Assembly: GCA_029007825.1 (NCBI GenBank)
Contig: JAQXIO010000019.1
Span: 1,259 to 65,258, forward strand
DNA: 64,000 bases
Direction of reading: 5' to 3'
Origin: Bacteroidales bacterium
GTDB taxonomy: Bacteria; Bacteroidota; Bacteroidia; Bacteroidales; JAQXIO01
In this document: in pieces, positions 42,308-50,213 of the stretch
Position numbering within the stretch: the first letter of the stretch is position 1
Layout of the letters: each line of letters begins with the position of its first letter
The notes under the pieces: model-generated
Told to the model about the DNA's origin: nothing
Database searches by the model: none
Seen by the model: the letters and a program-made list of their open reading frames with translations, nothing else
Made by a program: the position numbers and the translations under genes

Positions 42308-43258
42308 TTAGAGTATGCGTATGCTTTTATGTTTATTTTTACTTCCTTTCGGTATACTTAAATCCAATTCATAACTTACGAATAATTCATGACTTCCGCT
42401 GCTTCCTTTTAAAATTGTCGAGGTTGGCAGGTCATAGGCATATCCGGCCCTTATACTTTTTATTTTTGCACCCAAGAAGAGGCTAACCGATTCATTCATT
42501 CTCCAGTTAAGTCCTCCCCAGAACATTTTATTATAGACCAGTTTCGCCTGTACATCCCAAGCGAAGAACTGAAAAGTTGTCTTCAAAAAAGTAGAGGGTT
42601 GCAACTCAAATAACGATTCATTGAAACGGATATTGTATCCAAGCGTTAAATTATATGACCGGGCGACAAAAGTTCCGTACCTGTCGACCAGCCTGATACT
42701 GGGTTCTGTCAAGTGCATGACTCCGATTCCTCCATATAGAGTGGAAGAGGTATAATAAACTCCCATATTGATGTCGAATGCCATACCTTGTACCTGTGTG
42801 GTCGGAATCGCTTCGTCATTCGATTCGTTCGATTCACCTTCAGAGGGGATCTCTACTTTACTTCCGTCGAATGACTGGTTAAAGAGCCCCGGTTGTATGC
42901 CGATACTTAGTGTGCCATCGAAAAGTTTGAAAATATAAGCGTACTGGAGGCCGACGGATACGTTGTTAAAAAGTCCCAGTCCTTCGGAGAAAAGAGCGAC
43001 GCCTATTCCATGTTGGCGTTTAAAGAGTTTGAGGGGCATATCGGCATTAACGACGAAGGCGTTCGGTGCATTTTTGATTTTGCCGACCCATTGCAGTTTG
43101 GTCGCTGCGTTGACACGAAGATATTTCGAGTTTCCGGCAACGGCAGGGTTGTAATACGACATCATGCCCCAGTATTGCGTAAATTGAGCGTCAAACTGGG
43201 AAAAGGCATCGATGCTGATTGAGAGGAATATAATTATGCTAAAAAGAAATTTCTTCAT
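42308..43258 (-). CDS. porP: PorP/SprF family type IX secretion outer-membrane protein
   Basis: 316 aa. Signal peptide, then QFDAQFTQYWGMMSYYNPAVAG (canonical PorP/SprF N-terminus). It lies directly upstream of gldK. Confidence 0.85.
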   Translation of the reverse strand: MKKFLFSIIIFLSISIDAFSQFDAQFTQYWGMMSYYNPAVAGNSKYLRVNAATKLQWVGKIKNAPNAFVVNADMPLKLFKRQHGIGVALFSEGLGLFNNVSVGLQYAYIFKLFDGTLSIGIQPGLFNQSFDGSKVEIPSEGESNESNDEAIPTTQVQGMAFDINMGVYYTSSTLYGGIGVMHLTEPSIRLVDRYGTFVARSYNLTLGYNIRFNESLFELQPSTFLKTTFQFFAWDVQAKLVYNKMFWGGLNWRMNESVSLFLGAKIKSIRAGYAYDLPTSTILKGSSGSHELFVSYELDLSIPKGSKNKHKSIRIL

Positions 43259-43389
43259 TCAGGCTAATTCCGGACCTACTGTTTTAAATTATAATAACTC
43301 TGAAAGCCGATGTTAAATTGCATTTTGTAATAGAATTAACATTTCTAAATAAAATATAAAAGAAAGTATTTCTTTATTCCGTAGTAGTC

Positions 43390-43397
43390 TACCTTTG
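43390..43397 (+). promoter_or_regulatory. Orphan -7 box TACCTTTG with no plus-strand ORF downstream
   Basis: Perfect TAnnTTTG match in the porP/DUF2795 intergenic region, pointing at the hairpin at 43479..43517. Confidence 0.35.
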
Positions 43398-43478
43398 TAC
43401 AAAAAACAGTACGATAGTAAAGATATGGATTGGCTAAATCGGTGATAAGGTTATAAATATCTATATATTATAAAATGC

Positions 43479-43517
43479 GAAAGAGATAATCTGGAAATTA
43501 TCTCTTTCATATTTTTC
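43479..43517. terminator. Rho-independent hairpin, usable on either strand
   Basis: GAAAGAGATAAT (43479..43490) pairs with ATTATCTCTTTC (43497..43508). ATATTTTTC follows on the plus strand and GCATTTTAT on the minus strand, downstream of the DUF2795 gene. Confidence 0.65.
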
Positions 43518-43555
43518 ATCCGATTGATTGTCCGGACGTTTAATTTCTGACCTTA

Positions 43556-43777
43556 TTAATACTCCTCTTCGTTGAAGAAGAAATCTTCTTTGCTTGGGTA
43601 GTCGGGCCAGATATCTTCTATACATTCATAAATTTCGCCTTCATCTTCCATTTCCTGAAGATTTTCTATCACCGTTAAAGGTGCTCCTGAACGCTGGGCA
43701 TAATCGATGAGCTCATCTTTGGTTGCCGGCCATGGAGCATCCTCCAATTTTGAAGCTAATTCCAATGTCCAATACAT
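43556..43777 (-). CDS. DUF2795-type small protein (family name from memory)
   Basis: 73 aa. LEDAPWPATKDELIDYAQRSGAPLTVIENLQEME matches the DUF2795 pattern. Confidence 0.6.
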   Translation of the reverse strand: MYWTLELASKLEDAPWPATKDELIDYAQRSGAPLTVIENLQEMEDEGEIYECIEDIWPDYPSKEDFFFNEEEY

Positions 43778-43821
43778 AATAATTCTCTATTTAAATTTGT
43801 ATTTGCCGTGTTTTTAGGGTG

Positions 43822-43829
43822 CAAAAATA
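43822..43829 (-). promoter_or_regulatory. -7 box (TATTTTTG on the minus strand) upstream of the DUF2795 gene
   Basis: TAnnTTTG match 45 nt upstream of ATG 43777. Confidence 0.4.
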
Positions 43830-43840
43830 TACAATAATCA

Positions 43841-44422
43841 TTATACACAACTACTATCCCAGAAAAATTCCTTTATTTGTTCATCATGAAGCAGTTTTCT
43901 TGATAGAACAAACAGATAGTCGGATAGCCTGTTTATATATTTAAGAACCGTCGTTTCGACATAATCCGATTCGGAAAGCCGGTACATTTCTCTTTCTGCT
44001 CTTCTGCATACCGACCGTGCTATGTGGGCGAGAGCAGAAGAAGACGATCCTCCCGGAATAACGAAAAATTTCAAAGGTGGCAATTTTTCATCTATCCGGT
44101 CTATTTCATTTTCGATTTCGTTTATATGTTGTTCTGTTATTTTACAAGGGATATTTTCTTTTTCTGCAGGCGTAGCAAGATAACTACCAAGAACGAACAA
44201 TCTGTGTTGTATGGTTTTGATGAACTTCCGGTCATTTTCATCAGGGATGTTGGTTACCAGCAAGGCCAGAAAAGAATTTAATTCATCTACAGTTCCGTAC
44301 GATTCGATTCTTTGATCTGATTTGTGGACTTTTTTCCCTCCTACCAAAGATGTCGTTCCGTTGTCGCCGGTACGGGTATAAACATTGCTTTTTTTCATAT
44401 CGTTATGATTCAGTTTGTTCAC
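43841..44422 (-). CDS. PduO-type ATP:cob(I)alamin adenosyltransferase
   Basis: 193 aa. YTRTGDNGTTSL N-terminal motif and a four-helix-bundle-length body. An alternative start is at ATG 44398. Confidence 0.85.
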   Translation of the reverse strand: MNKLNHNDMKKSNVYTRTGDNGTTSLVGGKKVHKSDQRIESYGTVDELNSFLALLVTNIPDENDRKFIKTIQHRLFVLGSYLATPAEKENIPCKITEQHINEIENEIDRIDEKLPPLKFFVIPGGSSSSALAHIARSVCRRAEREMYRLSESDYVETTVLKYINRLSDYLFVLSRKLLHDEQIKEFFWDSSCV

Positions 44423-44427
44423 GATAA

Positions 44428-45057
44428 TCAGAAAGAGACGATGTAATTTTTTTTATGCAGGCATTTTCGCGGGAAAACAATGCCGATATCATATAAATCG
44501 AAGGTTACATGAACCGATGAATCTTTACATAATCCTTTCCAGAATATTTTTTTCTCCTTATCTTCTTTTATACGAGGAATTGCAATTATTATTGTTTCCT
44601 TTAATAAAGGATTCAAAGCTTCAAAAAGTTTAAACCACTCTTCTGAAGTTTTTTGATCGTCTAATAATAGTAGATAGGGTGAACCGGAAAGATCGCTTTT
44701 AATCAGTCCGATCGCTTTTTTATCCGAATTGCAATAATGCAGGTTTATTTTAGAATTGGGAGCACAACAATAGATACTCAAGGCCGGATGTTGTTTTCCT
44801 ATAACGATGATATTTCTAAGCGAAAAAAATTCTACGGTGCGGAACAATAGCCTTCCTACTTTTTCTTCGGTTTGGGGAGATAATGAGTTTCGGGTATTCT
44901 GTTTTTTTATTTGAGGCGGAGTATCGAAGAAATAATATTTATAAGGATTATTAATGACTTTAGATATAAAATCGAAAGCAAAGGGAGAGTGCACTCCGTA
45001 GCCTTTAGAGTGCGCCGCTTTTCTTATCGTTTTGATATAAAAAGAACGAATGCTCAT
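44428..45057 (-). CDS. Hypothetical protein (possibly a degenerate class I methyltransferase-like fold)
   Basis: 209 aa. The N-terminal GYGVHSPFAFDF resembles uncharacterised Bacteroidota methyltransferase-like proteins, but I could not find a GxGxG SAM motif. Only 5 nt separate it from the PduO gene. Confidence 0.5.
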   Translation of the reverse strand: MSIRSFYIKTIRKAAHSKGYGVHSPFAFDFISKVINNPYKYYFFDTPPQIKKQNTRNSLSPQTEEKVGRLLFRTVEFFSLRNIIVIGKQHPALSIYCCAPNSKINLHYCNSDKKAIGLIKSDLSGSPYLLLLDDQKTSEEWFKLFEALNPLLKETIIIAIPRIKEDKEKKIFWKGLCKDSSVHVTFDLYDIGIVFPRKCLHKKNYIVSF

Positions 45058-45105
45058 TTTTAGAGATCTGTTTGTTTTTGTTTTTTTGCTTGAATATTGT
45101 CCGAT

Positions 45106-46251
45106 TTATTCCTTACGTAAAGAGAGCAGGAATAAATAGAATATGCCGGCACATAATATTATTAAGGCTCCGGTCTGGGAGTTCATTGCATCTGAAGCAA
45201 TTCCCATCATCAAAGGGAAAACGGTTCCACCGAATAATCCCATAATCATTAAGCCTGACACTTCATTTTTTTTGTTCGGCAGATGTAGTATTGCCTGGGA
45301 AAAAAGAATGGAGAATACGTTGGAATTTCCAAGGCCTATTAATGCCGTACATATATAGATGGGGATTAACGACTTGAAAATAAACAGGCCGGCTACCGCT
45401 ATTATCATCGTACATGTGCTGATAAGGAAAAACGTTTTTTGCTTCCATTGAGCTAAAATGAAAGCTCCTGCCAAACTACCGATTGTACGAAATAAAAAAT
45501 ATACACTAGTTGCGATGCCGGCGCCGGCTAAATCTATACCTAAGCGTTCTATTAATAATTTGGGAGCTGTAAGGTTAAATCCGACATCGACGCCTACGTG
45601 ACACATAATTCCGATAAAGGAGAGTAATATCAGCTTGTTTTTTAACAGGGCGAAGCACTCTTTGAAAGTAGAACTTTTCCCTTCCATGTCTTTTTCCTGA
45701 ATCGGTGTTACGGCAAGCATTACTACGGCTATGATAGCGATAATCAGAAATACAGGGAACAGATAAAGCCAATCTCCTAATTTTAATGCTGCCCAGCCTG
45801 CGATGAGGGGAGCCAGAAATGAGGCTATTGCTTTTACGAACTGACCGAATGTAACGGAACTGGCCAGCTTATCGCTGTTTACAATATTGGAAAGGAGAGG
45901 ATTTAAGGATACCTGCATTATGGCATTTCCGATGCCGAGCAATGAAAAAGAGATCAACATTGTCGAAAACGTATAATCGATCCATGGAAGTATCAGGGCG
46001 CATGCCGTAAAAATAAGACTTAATAGTACGGTTTTCCTGCGTCCGATTTTGTTCATCAGCATCCCTGTCGGGACGGAAAAAATCAGGAACCAAAAAAATA
46101 CCATCGAAGGGAAAATATTCGCGACGGTGTCGGATAATTCAAAATCGGCTTTTACGTAATTCGTTGCGATACCTACTAAATCGACAAATCCCATGACGAA
46201 GAAAGAAAACATCACAGGGATTAGTTCTATATATATGTTTTTGTTTCTCAT
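45106..46251 (-). CDS. MFS transporter (sugar porter-like)
   Basis: 381 aa with about 12 predicted TM helices and the loop GMLMNKIGRRKT between TM2 and TM3. Overlaps the upstream kinase gene by 4 nt. Confidence 0.8.
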   Translation of the reverse strand: MRNKNIYIELIPVMFSFFVMGFVDLVGIATNYVKADFELSDTVANIFPSMVFFWFLIFSVPTGMLMNKIGRRKTVLLSLIFTACALILPWIDYTFSTMLISFSLLGIGNAIMQVSLNPLLSNIVNSDKLASSVTFGQFVKAIASFLAPLIAGWAALKLGDWLYLFPVFLIIAIIAVVMLAVTPIQEKDMEGKSSTFKECFALLKNKLILLSFIGIMCHVGVDVGFNLTAPKLLIERLGIDLAGAGIATSVYFLFRTIGSLAGAFILAQWKQKTFFLISTCTMIIAVAGLFIFKSLIPIYICTALIGLGNSNVFSILFSQAILHLPNKKNEVSGLMIMGLFGGTVFPLMMGIASDAMNSQTGALIILCAGIFYLFLLSLRKE

Positions 46252-47123
46252 ATCTGGAATTTTTTAGGATAAATCGGCCATGCACCGCTGCGTGTACAAA
46301 CAAAGGCAGCTATTTCGACGGCTTTTTTATGAGATTCCTGTAAAGATTTTCCTGTAAGAATGGAGTGGATAAAAGCTCCGGAGAACGAGTCTCCTGCTCC
46401 TACCGTATCGACAACTTCGACTTTGGGTGTCGGAATAGTTGATTGTTCGTTCGGGGTGTAGATGGTACTGAAGGCGCTTCCTGCGGTGAGAATCAGATAG
46501 CGTAAAGAATAATCCTGAATCAGCCGGAGGCAAATATCGTCGGTATTTCCTTTTAAACCGAGCATGTTCCGTAATAAATCTAACTCTTCATCATTGATTT
46601 TAAATACATTAGCAACATGGAGTAATTCTTCGATCAGTTCTTTCGAATAATAGGATTGACGGATGTTTATATCGAAGAAACGAAGAGATTCTTCCGGAAC
46701 ATAAGAAAGTAAAGAGCTTATGGTTTCCCTCGATTCCGGAGAGCGTTGCGCCAATGTGCCGAAACAAACGGCATTGGCTTTTTTCATCAGATCGACAGCA
46801 CTTTCCGATATAGGTATATGGTCCCACGCTACATCTTCGATAATGGTATAGTTGGGAATACCGTTTTGCAGTTCGACCAGAACACTACCGGTAGGATAAT
46901 TTACGGTACTGACAAGATGATGAATGTGATTCTTTTCCAGTTCACGAAGCATTTCCGAACCGGAAGCATCGTTTCCTACGGCGCTGATTGCGTAGCCGTC
47001 GGAACCCATTTGTGTTGCATGATACACGAAATTGATCGGTGCCCCTCCCGCTCTTTTCTCGCTGGGAAGAATGTCCCATAGTAATTCGCCTATGCCAACT
47101 ATAACTGGTTTTGCATTTTTCAT
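46248..47123 (-). CDS. PfkB-family carbohydrate kinase (fructokinase-like)
   Basis: 291 aa. GIGELLWD N-terminus and the DTVGAGDSFSGAF ATP-site motif. Confidence 0.85.
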   Translation of the reverse strand: MKNAKPVIVGIGELLWDILPSEKRAGGAPINFVYHATQMGSDGYAISAVGNDASGSEMLRELEKNHIHHLVSTVNYPTGSVLVELQNGIPNYTIIEDVAWDHIPISESAVDLMKKANAVCFGTLAQRSPESRETISSLLSYVPEESLRFFDINIRQSYYSKELIEELLHVANVFKINDEELDLLRNMLGLKGNTDDICLRLIQDYSLRYLILTAGSAFSTIYTPNEQSTIPTPKVEVVDTVGAGDSFSGAFIHSILTGKSLQESHKKAVEIAAFVCTRSGAWPIYPKKFQI

Positions 47124-47127
47124 GGTA

Positions 47128-47135
47128 CAAATATA
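47128..47135 (-). promoter_or_regulatory. -7 box (TATATTTG on the minus strand) immediately upstream of the PfkB kinase gene
   Basis: TAnnTTTG match only 4 nt from ATG 47123. Confidence 0.35.
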
Positions 47136-47194
47136 AAAATAAGAGGTACTGGAAAGTTGATTATCTTTATTTTACCTGTCTGATAAGATGGATA

Positions 47195-47290
47195 TTGTAT
47201 ATTTTAATCTATAAATCGCTCGTGATAAACACTGTGCCTCGGCATAATTCAAGTAAGTTTGATTCTGCACTCGGCTTGCAGTTTATTTTA
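47195..47290 (+). repeat. Intergenic repeat, copy A (partner at 53226..53318)
   Basis: Hand alignment with 53226..53318 gives about 75 identities over about 96 columns with 3 gap positions, in the same orientation. It ends in a conserved hairpin, CTGCA-CTCGGCT-TGCAG, followed by TTTATTTTA. Confidence 0.75.
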
Positions 47291-47637
47291 TTAATAGGTC
47301 TCCATTTCTGTTCCGGATTGGAATGGGTGGTGGAGAGTTGACCCCGGTAACTTTTTTCCGGAATAAAATTTTCATGGGCAAAACTATAAAAAAGAATATA
47401 GAAAGATGTGTTTAAAGAAATTTTTTTCTGATAGCGTTGGGAAATGTACTTTTCTGTGTTTTCTATTCATCTTGATCGAATTTTAAAAATAAACTGGGAA
47501 TAAAAGTCTGAGAATTGTATCGGTTGCTTAATGACGGGATCAGTATAGATTGTTGGTGTAATTATGTATATGTAATCTGCTTTCCTACGTATGGCTTTAG
47601 TTTTATAAATATTTTTTAGTCGACTGGATAAAAAACG

Positions 47638-47645
47638 TATTTTTG
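47638..47645 (+). promoter_or_regulatory. -7 box TATTTTTG upstream of the 47664 gene
   Basis: TAnnTTTG match 18 nt upstream of the ATG. Confidence 0.45.
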
Positions 47646-47663
47646 TGAAAATATCTGATAATA

Positions 47664-48185
47664 ATGGAAAATCTGGAACGACTGACTAAAAAAGAGTTGA
47701 TCGAATTGATTGATATATATGCTAAAAATCAGCTGGCGCTGGATGGTGTATGGTTTCAGTCGATTGAAGCGAAACATGGAATGGATGAGGCAATGGAACA
47801 TGACCGTAATGTCTGGAGAAAGCATACGGAAATAGAAGCCCGTCGTATAAAGTCGTTCCTTAATTTGCCTGATAATGCGGGGCTAAAAGGTCTTAAAAAG
47901 GCTCTTTCCTTTCGTTTTAATGCAATGCTAAACCGAACGGAAGCTATAATTGAAGGCAACACGATGCGTTATTATGTGCGGAATTGCCGTGTACAGACGG
48001 CACGTGCCAGAAAAGGAATGCCGTTTCACCCGTGCAAATCGGTCGGAATATTGGAATATGCCTATTTTGCGAAAATTATAGACCATCGTATTGAATGTGA
48101 AACTATCAGCTGCTATCCGGATGTTACTGATCCGGGCTGTGCGTGTGCCTGGAAGTTTACATTGAAGGAAAACCCAGAAGATTAA
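47664..48185 (+). CDS. Conserved hypothetical protein (possibly the DUF6125 family, recalled from memory)
   Basis: 173 aa. ELIDIYAKNQLALDGVWFQSIEAKHGMDEAMEHD, then a Cys-rich C-terminal half (NCRVQ, HPCKS, CETISC, PGCACAW). Confidence 0.55.
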   Translation: MENLERLTKKELIELIDIYAKNQLALDGVWFQSIEAKHGMDEAMEHDRNVWRKHTEIEARRIKSFLNLPDNAGLKGLKKALSFRFNAMLNRTEAIIEGNTMRYYVRNCRVQTARARKGMPFHPCKSVGILEYAYFAKIIDHRIECETISCYPDVTDPGCACAWKFTLKENPED

Positions 48186-48191
48186 TATATT

Positions 48192-48527
48192 ATGGCTGAA
48201 AAGGTCGATGTCCGTTTATTCAGGAATCTGGTATATGAGATCGTAAAAATGATACCGGAGGGAAGAGTTACCAGTTACGGGGCGATAGCAAAAGCTATCG
48301 GATATCCGAATCATTCACGGATGGTAGGTACGGCAATGAATAATTGTGATGTTACCGTTCCGGCACATCGGGTAGTGGGACATGGTGGCCGTCTCACGGG
48401 AGAGTCCAATTTTCATGCTCCTGGAGAAATGCAGAGGCTACTGGAAAAAGAGGGTATAATTATCGATAAAAACCGGATAAGGAATTTCAAAAATGTGTTT
48501 TGGAATCCTGTCGAGGAAATTGAATAA
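48192..48527 (+). CDS. Alkyltransferase-like (ATL) protein: an MGMT-family DNA-binding domain without the acceptor cysteine
   Basis: 111 aa. IPEGRVTSYGAIAKAIG is followed by VPAHRVV where O6-alkylguanine transferases have PCHRV. The Ala codon gca is at 48363..48365. Confidence 0.8.
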   Translation: MAEKVDVRLFRNLVYEIVKMIPEGRVTSYGAIAKAIGYPNHSRMVGTAMNNCDVTVPAHRVVGHGGRLTGESNFHAPGEMQRLLEKEGIIIDKNRIRNFKNVFWNPVEEIE

Positions 48528-48754
48528 ATCATATCGGCTGTATTTATTTACTATAGTAAGTTTTTTAACTGTGACAAGTGGATAAAATAAGAACACTTAT
48601 GTAAGTCGTATATTACGATAAAGCCATTCAGCCAAGATGATTAAAAATGTTTTGCTTCATTTTAGTGGAGAGGATATTCTTTCTTTTCGTTTAAATTGTC
48701 TGAACTTAATCTAAGTAGGATATGTTTTAATTAAGTAACTAAACATAATCTGAT

Positions 48755-49351
48755 ATGATAAACTACGTTGATAGAATGGCCGACGCATTGGTCGACGTGC
48801 TGAAATATTCTAATTCTGAGGTGGAATGGGTGGAAGCGAGTGATCTCAAACAAAATGACGGCGTGAAACCCGAGTGGTTTTATCCGGCAATAGAGAGTGC
48901 CGAGTATTCTGAAATAACCTCTATTTTGCAATATACGCAGCAGCAGGCTCTATTTGATGAGGAAATAGGAGAATTATTGTTGGGCATTGCATTGGTAGAA
49001 ATGAAGCATTATGCTGCAGTAAGAGATGCTATTGTTGCGTTGGGCGGAAAATTACCTCAACCGTATAGCAGTACAAATGTTAAGATGGGAGGTAATGCCA
49101 TAGAAGCATTGGTATTGGCTGCACATTCTGAAATTGCAACTATCGATTTTTATAAATCCGTAGAGTCTAATCTTACAACCCAGAGTGATTCGGTAAATAT
49201 TGCACGTAAATTGCTGACGAAGCTGATTGCGGATGAAAGTCTTCATCTGAAGTTGTTAAATGACCGTTTGAAAAGTATGATTAACGATGAGAAGAAATAC
49301 AATGTTGTAATGGATCAGATGTTAGCTAAAGTGAAATTGTATACGAAATGA
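48755..49351 (+). CDS. Ferritin-like di-metal protein (CotJC / manganese-catalase-family-like)
   Basis: 198 aa. Two ExxH motifs (VEMKH and DESLH) and EITSILQYTQQQ, giving a ferritin-like four-helix-bundle pattern. Confidence 0.65.
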   Translation: MINYVDRMADALVDVLKYSNSEVEWVEASDLKQNDGVKPEWFYPAIESAEYSEITSILQYTQQQALFDEEIGELLLGIALVEMKHYAAVRDAIVALGGKLPQPYSSTNVKMGGNAIEALVLAAHSEIATIDFYKSVESNLTTQSDSVNIARKLLTKLIADESLHLKLLNDRLKSMINDEKKYNVVMDQMLAKVKLYTK

Positions 49352-49394
49352 TTTTAGGACTATTTTTTAATTTTGACATTAAAAAGTAACATGT

Positions 49395-49436
49395 ATGAAA
49401 AGTGGTAAAAAAATTTTACCACTTTTCATTTTCTTG
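49395..49436 (+). terminator. Rho-independent terminator of the ferritin-like gene
   Basis: Perfect 16-bp inverted repeat: ATGAAAAGTGGTAAAA (49395..49410) pairs with TTTTACCACTTTTCAT (49414..49429), followed by TTTCTT. Confidence 0.75.
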
Positions 49437-50008
49437 AGTTTTTTGGCTCACTTTTTTTGAGATAAACTTTAATTGAAATTTTATATAAATGTTGATGCTT
49501 AACTGTAAAATAAATTGGATATAAAAATGTGATAAATAAGTTTAATTCTTATATTTGAAAAATAAAGAACAATGTGTGTATTATTGGATGCTGAAACAAT
49601 CTTGGAAGTATAATTGGATTGAAACAGCAATTTTATTTGGCAATGTAATTGACGAATTCGGGGAGGAAGCTCAAGCATTTAGTTTGTAAATTTTTTTTAG
49701 AATATCAAGTTGAGAATTAGACTATCGAGAATTGTATGCAGAAAACATTGTTGCATAGAGTTCAATCACCGAAGTTACTTGAAATTTTATCAGCCTCTTT
49801 TTATAGCACGATATAGTGGATTTCGTTTTGTATAGAAATACTTTTATATCGTTGAACGAAAGAAACAGATTGCATATTAAAATATAATTTTTTCATTTAA
49901 TCGATTAAAGATGCTAAATTTAAATTCCTATAAAGATTTGAATTTCGTTATTTATAAAATTGAATAATGGAAGTATATTGAAACGTAAAATAGTTTTCAA
50001 GTTGATAA

Positions 50009-50104
50009 TTAGCTTCCTATGAACGGATTCTTGAAATACTTATGAATTCGGGAGATTTTATTTTCTTTCTTGATGGGTATGATGAAGTTAACTCTTCAAA
50101 ATAA
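50009..50104 (+). pseudogene. Relic of a NACHT/STAND-type NTPase gene (Walker B region only)
   Basis: A 31-codon open fragment bounded by stops reads LASYERILEILMNSGDFIFFLDGYDEVNSSK. FIFFLDGYDEV fits the NACHT Walker B signature hhhhDGhDE. There is no start codon context and no Walker A nearby. Confidence 0.45.
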
Positions 50105-50213
50105 AGAAAGATCACCAAGAAATAAGATGATTTAGTTAATTAATTGTTATAAGGAATCAATTAGAGAATTATAGCATTCAGCCATTGACATATTGGCCAA
50201 ATAAAAATGAATT

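Noticed and set aside
47111-47341. 76-aa plus-strand ORF in the PfkB/DUF6125 intergenic region.
   Set aside because: It has no recognisable motifs, and it overlaps the PfkB start codon, the PfkB -7 box and repeat copy A. Its similarity to the start of track ORF 53304 (LQFIL) is explained by the DNA repeat, not by coding.
47311-47363. Inverted repeat TTCCGGA…TCCGGAA enclosing GGAATGGGTGGTGGAGAGTTGACCCCGG in the long 540-nt intergenic region, considered as a riboswitch or ncRNA.
   Set aside because: The stem is only 7 bp with a 39-nt loop. I recognised no riboswitch consensus and there is no adjacent terminator or anti-terminator logic. It cannot be supported from sequence alone.
50184-50213. 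A TTGACA hexamer 25 nt upstream of the 840-aa gene's ATG, considered as a sigma-70-type -35 box.
   Set aside because: There is no acceptable -10 at 17-bp spacing. Bacteroidota primary sigma uses TTTG/TAnnTTTG, and I found no TAnnTTTG box in 50100..50213. The promoter of this gene therefore remains unidentified.
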